64,000 nucleotides of DNA from assembly GCA_004293645.1 (NCBI GenBank), contig REAB01000053.1:1182-65181 (forward strand), written 5' to 3'. Source of the DNA: Cytophagia bacterium (GTDB lineage: Bacteria > Bacteroidota > Bacteroidia > Cytophagales > Spirosomataceae). The notes beneath the pieces are model-generated. The model was not told where the DNA came from. It saw only the letters and a program-made list of their open reading frames with translations, and searched no databases. Made by a program: the position numbers and the translations under genes. The first letter of the stretch is position 1, and each line of letters begins with the position of its first letter. Shown here one piece after another: positions 56,382-64,000 of this stretch.

Positions 56382-57152
56382 ATGAATTTTTCGTTAAAGC
56401 AGCGAGACAACTTTAAATTTATTGACGAAGGTCAAGGTGAGGTCATACTTTTGTTGCACGGGCTATTTGGTGCTTTGAGCAACTGGGACGGTGTGATTGA
56501 AAATTTCAAAGACCGCTACCGGGTTATCATTCCGATGTTACCCATTTACGATATGTCGCCGCGCGAAGCTGGGTTGGAAGCACTGGTTCTATTTTTGGAA
56601 AAATTTATTGAATCGGCTGACTTAAAGGGTTTTACGCTCGTTGGAAATTCGCTGGGCGGTCATATTGCTACGCTTTATACCCTCAAACATCCCGCGCCCG
56701 TGAAGCGTCTGGTATTGACGGGTAGCTCTGGTTTGTTTGAAAACGGCATGGGTGGCTCGTACCCCAAGCGCGGTAGTTATGAGTACATTTCTGAGCGCGT
56801 AGCCTATACTTTTTATGACCCCCAAATAGCCACCAAAGAACTGATTGACGAGGTGTTTGCTACCATGGCGAGCATTACCAAGTGCATGAGTATTGTGGCG
56901 GTGGCCAAGTCGGCGCAGCGCAACAATATGTCCAAAGAATTGCACCAAATTACCATTCCGACGCTGCTCATTTGGGGCCTTAATGATACCATTACACCAC
57001 CTACGGTGGCGCACGAGTTCAATAGACTTATTGCCAATTCGGAGCTTTATTTTGTTGATAAATGTTGCCACGCTCCCATGATGGAACGCCCCGAACGCTT
57101 CAACGAAATAATGGAAGCGTTTCTGGAAAAATACGCCTTTGTGGAAATCTAA
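56382..57152 (+). CDS. Alpha/beta hydrolase
   Basis: It has an HG oxyanion motif (LLHGLFG) and a nucleophile elbow (GNSLGG). Confidence 0.8.
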   Translation: MNFSLKQRDNFKFIDEGQGEVILLLHGLFGALSNWDGVIENFKDRYRVIIPMLPIYDMSPREAGLEALVLFLEKFIESADLKGFTLVGNSLGGHIATLYTLKHPAPVKRLVLTGSSGLFENGMGGSYPKRGSYEYISERVAYTFYDPQIATKELIDEVFATMASITKCMSIVAVAKSAQRNNMSKELHQITIPTLLIWGLNDTITPPTVAHEFNRLIANSELYFVDKCCHAPMMERPERFNEIMEAFLEKYAFVEI

Positions 57153-57165
57153 AACTTTACGTTTC

Positions 57166-57891
57166 CTATTTTTCGTCTTTTATTTCTTCAAAATCGGTAA
57201 ACCCTTCGTCGTCATCTTCGTTTTCATCGTCCTCATCTTCTTCCCAATCATCGTCGTCGTCATCGTCGTCAAAATCAAGGTCGTTAAAATCAATACCGCT
57301 TAAATCAAAGCCACCCACGTGCGACAGATAGTGATAGTTTCCTGGACCAACGGCGGTATCAAGTTTTTGGATAATTTGCTTCACGTTGTCGTACGGTCCT
57401 GAGTTGTAAAAAGGCATTCCGTCTTTGCCAAATTCTAAATCCAGCAATTCTACCTCATCGGTGTCGGCAGCCAGCACGTATTGCGAAACAGCCCAATCTT
57501 TGTCTAATGGACTGATGTCCAAGTCTTCGGCATAAGCAATGCCGCCATAAACCACGTTATGAACGAGCGTGTAGTCGGCTATTTCTAATTCTTGCATCTC
57601 CGAAATTTGTTCCAACATTTCTTCGTATTCGTCTATTTCTACATTAAATAGGTAGTGGGTCTGTTTCAGTCCTACACAAAATACGTCAATCAAATAGGTA
57701 GCCCAGGTAATACTGCCGCCCGCGTGGCTGCGCGCCACTACCACCGTTGCCAGTCCTGTTTCGCGCCAGTCGGGATTGAGCCTGCACTCATAGATGGGTA
57801 AGTTGCGTGCTTTACCGCTCTTTAAGTAGGTTTGGGGGCTTTGCAAAGGGGCTTTGGCCACCGATTTTTTGTTTTTAGATTTCTTGCTCAT
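57166..57891 (-). CDS. Hypothetical protein with a poly-acidic C-terminal tail
   Basis: It is a 241-aa ORF ending in DFDDDDDDDDWEEDEDDENEDDDEGFTDFEEIKDEK. Confidence 0.55.
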   Translation of the reverse strand: MSKKSKNKKSVAKAPLQSPQTYLKSGKARNLPIYECRLNPDWRETGLATVVVARSHAGGSITWATYLIDVFCVGLKQTHYLFNVEIDEYEEMLEQISEMQELEIADYTLVHNVVYGGIAYAEDLDISPLDKDWAVSQYVLAADTDEVELLDLEFGKDGMPFYNSGPYDNVKQIIQKLDTAVGPGNYHYLSHVGGFDLSGIDFNDLDFDDDDDDDDWEEDEDDENEDDDEGFTDFEEIKDEK

Positions 57892-57913
57892 TTTTTTAGT
57901 GGATTATTTGTCA

Positions 57914-58089
57914 TTTGTCAGTGGTCATTGGTTATTGGTCATTAGTCAGTGGTCATTTGTCAATAGTTATTTGTTAAGTACTTGCCTGTAAGTAATCGCC
58001 ATTTTATATTTTGGTAAACATTTGGTTCTGCCCGCGCAGACCAATGACTATTGACCAATGACTATTGACCAATGACTACTTTGTCAGTG
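57914..58089. mobile_element. MITE-like element: degenerate GTCATTGGTCAATA-type inverted arrays flanking repeat-family copy C, bounded by a 10-bp direct repeat
   Basis: TTTGTCAGTG occurs at 57914-57923 and 58080-58089. The left arm (57924-57966) is an imperfect reverse complement of the right arm (58039-58079). The core (57976-58029) matches the 3' module of copy A. Confidence 0.5.
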
Positions 58090-58096
58090 CCTTGGC

Positions 58097-60271
58097 TCAT
58101 TTAAGTATCAGGGCGTAAACATCATTTTTGAGGGTGTAATCGGTAATTTTGCCCATGCCTTGATAATTGACTTTAAAGCCGTGGTTTTCGAGCAAATATA
58201 GCGCGTCGCGCAGCGACATTCCGCGTAAATTTGGAATTTTGTTGGGGTTTGTGTCGGTATTGGTCCATTGTTTTTTTGTGTTTGGGGCCGACATTACCCA
58301 GCCGTTTACGTTCACGGGTGCGTCGGTATTCAGTGCTTCGGCAATGGTGCGGAGGTCGTCGGCTTGGCCAGCGCGCAATTGCTTATTGGTTTCTTTGACA
58401 TTGTTTTTTTTGTTGGGTACGGGCGGGTGCATTTTTACGTCGTAGCCCACTATACGGTCGGCTACTTCTTTGAATACGGGTGCGGCCACGCTGCCCGCGT
58501 AGAGGTTGTCGCCACGGCCACCTTTGGGATGGCTCACAAACACAATGCAACTGTATTTGGGGCTTTTGGCAGGAAAATAACCCGCAAAAGACACGTTATA
58601 TTTACCCACTTTGCTGTACGTATTGTTGATAATGAGCTGCGCCGTACCCGTCTTTCCTGCTATTTGGTACTGGTCGTTGTGAATAATGTGTCCCGTGCCT
58701 TGCTTGTCGGCTACTGCGCCTTCGAGCATTTTTTGTACCCGCCTGATGGTCTGTTCGGAGGCAATCCGTTGCTCCAAAACTTGGGGTTTGATGGCCTGAA
58801 TGACCTCGTTGGCGTTGCGTACTTCTTGCACAATCATGGGGCGCACCCAATAACCATTGTTGGCAATGGCATTGTAAAAACTCAATGTTTGCAACGGCGT
58901 AATTTCCCACACGTATCCGTACGACAGGCGCGTGGCCGAGGTGCCGTCCCAGCCCGTAGTTTTGGGTTGCGGGGCCAGCGGCGGGGCTTCGCCCAGCATG
59001 GCTACGCCCGTGGGTTGGGTCAAATGAAACTTTTTGAGGTATTCCATGTATTTGTAGGGGTTGGTATAAAACCCGCTTCGTTGCATAATCAGGTGCGTTC
59101 CTACGTTCGACGATTGCTCCAATACCTGCTGCACCGTAATTGTGCCGTGGGCTTTGGTGTCGGTAATGGTAACTCTACCGTAAGTAGTGCTGCCATTGCC
59201 AGTCTGAATGGACGTGGCAGGCGAAACCTTGCCTTCTTCGAGGGCGGCTACCATAGTGGCAAGTTTGAAAGTAGAGCCTGGGTTGGTGGGTTGGGCCAGG
59301 GCGTAATTGAAGGTTTCGGCGTAGCCCGTGTCTTTTTTGCTGAGGGCTAAATTAACCATCGCTTTGATGGCTCCCGTTTGCACTTCCATTACAATAACGG
59401 TGCCGTAGTCGGCTTGGTAGCGGTTTAGAGTTTTGCGCAACGACGACTCGGCAATGTCCTGAAAATTAACGTCGAGCGTAGTGTAGAGGTCGTAGCCGTT
59501 GGCGGGTTGTAGTTTTTCGCTTTCTTCAAAGGGCATAAAAGTTTTGTCGTCGAGTACCCTAAACAAGCCTATTCCGGGCGTTCCCGACAGTTTTCTGTCA
59601 AAACTTGCCTCCAAACCCACCAGTCCACGGTAGGTGGCGCGGTCGAGGTAGCCAATGGTGCGGGCGGCCAAATTGCCAAAAGGCAGGTAGCGGCGATAAA
59701 AAACGGGGAGCTTGCCACCGCGCGTTTCGCCGTTGTTAAATTGCCTAAAAAACGGCCAACCGCGCGTTGCCTTCGCACTGGGCTGTATTTGCTGCGTGGT
59801 TATCATCTGGTATTCTCGAAAAGTAATCTGCCGATTGAGCAGCCGCACGTTGCGGTTACCTTTCTTTTTGTTTACTTCAAACTCATGGCGGGCAAATTTT
59901 AACTCGCGCAGGTAGTCTTCTTTGGTGCGTTGCCCAAACGTATTGGCAAAAAGCGTAGCCAACGAGTCTATGCGGCTATAAAAGTACTTTTCTTTGCTGG
60001 CGGCGGGGTCTATCGAAACCTCATAATAGGGCAAAGAAGTAGCCAAGAGGCTGCCATCGCTCGAATAAATATTGCCGCGCATGGCCGGAATGGTGTCAAT
60101 CCGAACGGTGTTGGCCATGTATTTTACCCACGGTTTGCCTTTGTACTTGGCATAGTGCTGCACATAGACAATGCGCCATATCACGAGTATGGCCACAATG
60201 ATAAGCAGCGAAGACACCACCCAAGAGCGTCGTGCAATGTCTGCCCGAATGTTGTTGGTTTTGGAAATCAT
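58097..60271 (-). CDS. ftsI: Penicillin-binding protein 2 / FtsI-type peptidoglycan D,D-transpeptidase with a C-terminal PASTA domain
   Basis: It has SxxK (GSTFKLA), SxN (SSNVG), KTG (GKTGTA) and an N-terminal TM anchor, and it follows ftsL. Confidence 0.9.
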   Translation of the reverse strand: MISKTNNIRADIARRSWVVSSLLIIVAILVIWRIVYVQHYAKYKGKPWVKYMANTVRIDTIPAMRGNIYSSDGSLLATSLPYYEVSIDPAASKEKYFYSRIDSLATLFANTFGQRTKEDYLRELKFARHEFEVNKKKGNRNVRLLNRQITFREYQMITTQQIQPSAKATRGWPFFRQFNNGETRGGKLPVFYRRYLPFGNLAARTIGYLDRATYRGLVGLEASFDRKLSGTPGIGLFRVLDDKTFMPFEESEKLQPANGYDLYTTLDVNFQDIAESSLRKTLNRYQADYGTVIVMEVQTGAIKAMVNLALSKKDTGYAETFNYALAQPTNPGSTFKLATMVAALEEGKVSPATSIQTGNGSTTYGRVTITDTKAHGTITVQQVLEQSSNVGTHLIMQRSGFYTNPYKYMEYLKKFHLTQPTGVAMLGEAPPLAPQPKTTGWDGTSATRLSYGYVWEITPLQTLSFYNAIANNGYWVRPMIVQEVRNANEVIQAIKPQVLEQRIASEQTIRRVQKMLEGAVADKQGTGHIIHNDQYQIAGKTGTAQLIINNTYSKVGKYNVSFAGYFPAKSPKYSCIVFVSHPKGGRGDNLYAGSVAAPVFKEVADRIVGYDVKMHPPVPNKKNNVKETNKQLRAGQADDLRTIAEALNTDAPVNVNGWVMSAPNTKKQWTNTDTNPNKIPNLRGMSLRDALYLLENHGFKVNYQGMGKITDYTLKNDVYALILK

Positions 60272-60295
60272 GGGTTAGAATGGTTAAAGTGGGTA

Positions 60296-60685
60296 CTATT
60301 TTTCAACGGGTTTTATGACAATTCGATAAGGGGCTTGCTTGCTTTCTATCAGCCCCAACGCTTGGAGTTTAGGGGCCAATTCCGACTGCTTGCCGCTCTT
60401 CATGTAGTGGGCTTTTCTGATGGTATAAGTGGCTTGCAACTGATGAATTTCGTCGGTGAGTTTGCGCATTTGGCGCATCTGACGCTCGGCGTTGAGCCTA
60501 AAACCAATCAAAATAAGCCCCAAAAGCAGCAAAAACCCCGCCCTGTCAATGTAACGCACGGGAAATTCTTTGCCAATTGCTTTTTCTAAGTTCAACCTGT
60601 TGCCTATCCAATTCATGGTTCTGCTCTCGGTTTTAGCTTTTTTAGGAATCGACTTTTTGGTGCCTTTAACAACGTTCTGAGCCAT
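60296..60685 (-). CDS. ftsL: FtsL-like cell division protein (Bacteroidota type)
   Basis: It is a small bitopic protein (one TM, then a coiled coil) located between rsmH and ftsI. Confidence 0.7.
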   Translation of the reverse strand: MAQNVVKGTKKSIPKKAKTESRTMNWIGNRLNLEKAIGKEFPVRYIDRAGFLLLLGLILIGFRLNAERQMRQMRKLTDEIHQLQATYTIRKAHYMKSGKQSELAPKLQALGLIESKQAPYRIVIKPVEK

Positions 60686-60731
60686 TTTTATGCCTTATTT
60701 TTGGTTAATTTATGCAGATTAAGGACTATAC

Positions 60732-60789
60732 CTATTTAGGTCGGAGACCTAATGACACCCGTGCGTAGTTTCAAACTACGCACAACGAA
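60732..60789 (+). repeat. 58-bp double-hairpin repeat, copy 1
   Basis: It is identical (58/58) to 61483-61540. Its hairpins are TTAGGTC-GGA-GACCTAA and GTGCGTAGTTT-C-AAACTACGCAC. Confidence 0.9.
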
Positions 60790-60830
60790 CGCGTCTTTTT
60801 GGTGCCTTTAACAACGTTCTGAGCTCCCAT
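60771..60830 (-). pseudogene. Truncated duplicate of the ftsL 5' end (19 codons: MGAQNVVKGTKKTRSLCVV*)
   Basis: The 30 nt at 60795-60824 are identical to the ftsL start region at 60653-60682. The frame then runs into the 58-bp repeat and stops. Confidence 0.7.
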
Positions 60831-60855
60831 TTTGCCAAACCCCTGTTGGTGGTCG

Positions 60856-61425
60856 TTATTTTTTTTCGTTTATATATTCGTTCGTAAAATGTTGTTTATG
60901 TTTCGGTTTCGCAAATTTGTCAGCGTTGTATTCTTTTGAATTTCCTTTAGGAATTGAAAGTGAAGCCCAATTTTCGCCACACAATAGTTTTCCAATAAAC
61001 ACAATTTGTCCAACGTGATATGGATAATGTGCAAGTTGTCTGTTTATTGCTTCTGCTATAGTGTGTCCTTGATTTCGGATAAATATTTCCTTCGTCAAAT
61101 CTTTTTCTGTCAACGGACTGATTGCGTTAAATAAACAAGTCCAACCTTCATTCCATTTTGCCAAAAGTTCTGTTCGGTCTGCAATGTCGTTGTCAAATTC
61201 AGCATCTCTTTGTCGCCATTCTTTTTCTCCGTCTGTTGTCAAAAAATCTGTCCAACGTGAAAGCATATTTCCCCACAAATGTTTTACAATTGTCGCAATA
61301 CTATTACTTTCTTCATTTAATTGTCTGAAAAGTTGTTCGTCTGTTAGTTGCGAAAATGTTTTTTCTCCAAGCATTTTGTAATACTCAAATTGTTTTTTCG
61401 CACTGTCTAAAAAGTCGTTTGTCAT
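60856..61425 (-). CDS. DinB-superfamily (DUF1572-like) protein
   Basis: It has a four-helix DinB-like sequence with conserved His residues (VKHLWGN, LAHYPYHVGQ). It is AT-rich relative to the flanking dcw genes. Confidence 0.7.
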   Translation of the reverse strand: MTNDFLDSAKKQFEYYKMLGEKTFSQLTDEQLFRQLNEESNSIATIVKHLWGNMLSRWTDFLTTDGEKEWRQRDAEFDNDIADRTELLAKWNEGWTCLFNAISPLTEKDLTKEIFIRNQGHTIAEAINRQLAHYPYHVGQIVFIGKLLCGENWASLSIPKGNSKEYNADKFAKPKHKQHFTNEYINEKK

Positions 61426-61482
61426 ATCATTTCAATGTCGTTAAATTTCTTTCGGTTTCGGGTTTTATATAATTGCCACCAA

Positions 61483-61540
61483 CTATTTAGGTCGGAGACC
61501 TAATGACACCCGTGCGTAGTTTCAAACTACGCACAACGAA
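61483..61540 (+). repeat. 58-bp double-hairpin repeat, copy 2
   Basis: It is identical to 60732-60789. Confidence 0.9.
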
Positions 61541-61550
61541 TATCAAATAT

Positions 61551-61715
61551 CAAATTTCCTGACACTAACGGATTTGGTGGGGCAAATAATATAGATACTG
61601 ACTATTAGGTAGTTACAAAATTAGGGAACTGTTGTTTTGCTACTTGGTGGGCAGGAAACAAGTTACATATCGTTATTTTATACCCCCACCAAATTAGTTA
61701 GTGTCAGCAAATTTC
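61551..61715. mobile_element. 149-bp MITE (61559-61707) with 24-bp terminal inverted repeats and an 8-bp target-site duplication
   Basis: The left TIR is CTGACACTAACGGATTTGGTGGGG. The reverse complement of the right TIR is CTGACACTAACTAATTTGGTGGGG (22/24). The TSD CAAATTTC lies at 61551-61558 and 61708-61715. There is no internal ORF. Confidence 0.75.
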
Positions 61716-61727
61716 AAATACCAAATA

Positions 61728-62630
61728 TCAAACTTTTTCCGCTATTCGGAGCTTGGCACTGCGGGCGCGGGGGTTTTCGGCGGTTTCGGTGGCCGATGGC
61801 TCAATGGCTTTTCGTACTACCGCGCTGAGCGGTTTCAAATCGTTGCCAAAGAGGTCTTTTTCTACGTCGCCGTGAAACTTTCCTTTGTTGATAAAATTCT
61901 TCACCAAACGGTCTTCCAACGAGTGGTAAGACATCACTACGAGGCGGCCATTGGGTTTGAGCATTTCGGCGGTTTGGGTCAAAAACTCTTGTAAAGCCGT
62001 CATTTCGTCGTTTACTTCGATGCGCAACGCCTGAAAAATCTGGGCAAAATACTTGTTTTCTTTGCCGCGCGGGGCGTAGCGTTGCAACACACCTTTGAGG
62101 TCGTTTACGGTTTCGATGGGTTGGTTGAGGCGGGCTGTAAACACGGCCTGGGCGGCGGTTTTTGCGTTTTGCACTTCGCCATACATTCCAAAAATACGGT
62201 GCAGCTCGGCACTCGAATAGCCGTTAATGACCTCGCCAGCGGTTTGGCCTGCGCGTTGGTTCATGCGCATATCGAGGTTGGCCTCAAAGCGCGTCGAAAA
62301 GCCCCGCTCGGCGGTGTCAAACTGGTGCGACGAAACCCCCAAATCGGCCAGAATCCCATCTACTTCGGTGGCACCGTAGAGCCGGGCATATTTTTTCAAA
62401 TGTCTAAAATTGGCATCAATAAAAGTAAACTGTTTGTCGGCCACAAAACGCGCATTTTGGTTGGCATCGGGGTCTTGGTCAAACGAAAAAAGCCGTCCCT
62501 TGTCGCCCAAACGCGCCAAAATAGCCCGCGAATGGCCGCCTCCGCCAAAAGTGGCATCAATATAAACGCCGTCGGGCTTTAAGTTTAAACCTTCTAAGCA
62601 CTCGGCCAGCATAACAGGGTTGTGGTACAT
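61728..62630 (-). CDS. rsmH: 16S rRNA (cytosine1402-N4)-methyltransferase
   Basis: MYHNPVMLAECLEGL ... DATFGGGGHSRAIL; full length of 300 aa. Confidence 0.9.
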   Translation of the reverse strand: MYHNPVMLAECLEGLNLKPDGVYIDATFGGGGHSRAILARLGDKGRLFSFDQDPDANQNARFVADKQFTFIDANFRHLKKYARLYGATEVDGILADLGVSSHQFDTAERGFSTRFEANLDMRMNQRAGQTAGEVINGYSSAELHRIFGMYGEVQNAKTAAQAVFTARLNQPIETVNDLKGVLQRYAPRGKENKYFAQIFQALRIEVNDEMTALQEFLTQTAEMLKPNGRLVVMSYHSLEDRLVKNFINKGKFHGDVEKDLFGNDLKPLSAVVRKAIEPSATETAENPRARSAKLRIAEKV

Positions 62631-63043
62631 AATTTAGTAGCGAGTGAGTGGGCGTTTTGATGAACCAAAAATAATGAAATCACGCCACAAAGTTGCGACG
62701 CTTGCTCACTTGTCAAGAATGATGGGGTAAAAAAACCAAGGAAAGAAGCTGCCGAAGCCGCTTAAATTTTAACGCAACAAAGATAAAGAAAGCAACGCAA
62801 ATAAGGAACTGTAAAATTTGGTATTTTTAAATATTAATTTTTAAGATACTGAAAATCAGTAGTTTGTGTTGGAAATATATTTTGATTTGAAACCAGCCCA
62901 CTAACCGCGAGCTTGACTGCTGGCACCATAGCCAAATACTGAAATAAAAATGCGGCCAAACTTCTGGACACTTGGCGGTTGGTATGTAGGTTGAAGATGA
63001 CACTTTCTTTTTGTATCATTGCAAGCTCAATAACAACCTTTTT

Positions 63044-64000
63044 ATGACCTTATTTTCCGACAAAAATGTCTATAACCTCCACAAATGGTTTGGACTCATT
63101 GGTGGCCTTTTTATGCTGATGTTGAGCCTAACGGGCGTGCTTTTATTGTACAGCGAACCCCTCGACCGCGCCCTCAACCCCGCACTCACGCAGGTAATGC
63201 CCGCAGGCCAGCGGCTGTCGGTTGATTCGCTGCTGAACATAGTCAAAAAACAATATCCAGAAGCCGAAATCGGCAATATTTTGCTCCAAACCGAAGCCCC
63301 CGACTTAGCGATTGTTACGGAGGCTTCGGTTGATAAAAAACGGATTTTGGTGCATCAAAACCCCTACACGGGCTTGGTGTTGGGGAGCCGCGAGCGCAAC
63401 CAAACGTTGCACCGCAAGATTTTGGTCATTCACGAGCACCTCACCATTGGCGATTGGGGGCATTTCATTTTGTTCATCGTGGGCGTTTGCTTGTTGGGTT
63501 TGGTTGTTACGGGTCTTTGGTATTATCGCCGCTCGTTGTTGGGCGTGTTCAAAGTGGGCGTACGTCAGCGCAATACTTACCTCAAAAATTCTGATTTGCA
63601 CAAGTTGGTAGGTTTTTGTGGGTTTTTGTTTCTGCTCGCCATGGGCGGCACGGGCACTTTTATGCACTGGGAAAAAGTAGAAAAAATGTTTGACGATGAA
63701 CAAAAACGCCCCGAGTCATCCGCCGCAATTCCCCCAACGGCCAATGCGCCGCTCGAAATGCTTATTCAAAAAGCAACAGCCAGCGTGCCTGGTTTTGTGG
63801 CGCAGCAAATAGTTTTTGCCCGCCACGCACAGCAGCCCACCGCCGTGCGTGGCACGCGCCCCCAAAGCAACCGACTGCTGGGAAAGTTTACAACCGAGGT
63901 GTTGTTTGATGTCCAAAGTGGTGAGCAGCAAGGTATTGTACACAAAGAAGACCAAGATTTGGAGGCCAACTTAGAAGCCAGTATGGAGCAAATTCACTTT
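63044..64000 (+). CDS. PepSY-associated TM-helix protein; the 3' end lies outside the window. It is absent from the ORF track because it has no stop.
   Basis: I translated it by hand from ATG 63044: 319 codons with no stop to the window edge. The N-terminus (HKWFGLIGGLFMLMLSLTGVLLLY) and later TM segments are typical of the PepSY_TM family. Confidence 0.65.
   Translation, partial: MTLFSDKNVYNLHKWFGLIGGLFMLMLSLTGVLLLYSEPLDRALNPALTQVMPAGQRLSVDSLLNIVKKQYPEAEIGNILLQTEAPDLAIVTEASVDKKRILVHQNPYTGLVLGSRERNQTLHRKILVIHEHLTIGDWGHFILFIVGVCLLGLVVTGLWYYRRSLLGVFKVGVRQRNTYLKNSDLHKLVGFCGFLFLLAMGGTGTFMHWEKVEKMFDDEQKRPESSAAIPPTANAPLEMLIQKATASVPGFVAQQIVFARHAQQPTAVRGTRPQSNRLLGKFTTEVLFDVQSGEQQGIVHKEDQDLEANLEASMEQIHF

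Noticed and set aside
58268-59350. A 360-aa plus-strand ORF inside ftsI, with similar long antisense ORFs at 13099..14001, 17490..18218, 25583..26254, 15615..16305, 35089..35709 and 59930..60589
   Set aside because: All lie fully within well-supported genes on the opposite strand. Their R/G/A/V-rich shadow-frame composition has no recognisable motifs.
60732-61540. Integron attC sites flanking the DinB gene cassette
   Set aside because: There is no intI or attI nearby. The two sites are 100% identical, unlike typical attC pairs, and I see no clear R'/R'' GTTRRRY cores.
62834-63019. A 61-aa minus-strand ORF at the position where mraZ would be expected
   Set aside because: It is too short and has none of the MraZ features, such as duplicated DxxxR-containing SpoVT/AbrB-like halves. 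It is probably non-coding.

Overview
This is a chromosomal segment from a Bacteroidota genome, probably Cytophagales- or Saprospirales-like. The taxon call rests on a SusC/SusD pair, a T9SS C-terminal sorting domain, an FtsL-like dcw gene and TTG-N19-TAnnTTTG promoters. I call about 48 protein genes plus tRNA-Glu(UUC). Most are housekeeping or envelope genes: hisS, folA, clpC, pssA, recQ, purA, fur, pnuC, rsmH-ftsL-ftsI, a SusC/SusD locus, TonB receptor, GMC dehydrogenase pair, sulfatase, MFS transporters. I see no large novel gene cluster, CRISPR array, reverse transcriptase or recognisable defence operon. The unusual content is a dense set of small structured repeats and miniature mobile elements that have remodelled conserved loci. 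(1) The dcw operon is reduced to rsmH-ftsL-ftsI and is split by about 1 kb of AT-rich DNA. That insert holds a DinB/DUF1572 gene bracketed by two identical 58-bp double-hairpin repeats, a 149-bp MITE with 8-bp target-site duplication, and a 30-bp duplication of the ftsL 5' coding end that leaves a 19-codon ftsL remnant. (2) An Rpn-type PD-(D/E)XK putative transposase sits tightly between fur and purA. It is preceded by a hairpin that recurs near recQ with a compensatory base-pair change, and it carries a 27-unit 12-bp in-frame repeat expansion. (3) A modular intergenic repeat family has three copies, and its differences preserve RNA pairing through G-U wobbles. (4) An IS200-like RAYT lies next to nested REP palindromes. 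(5) A GC-hairpin element occurs once in an intergenic spacer and once in frame inside a coding region. (6) An AT-rich single-gene island encodes an AlbA_2/HATPase_c_4 protein next to iteron-like repeats. All calls come from reading the sequence and ORF track only; no database search was run.
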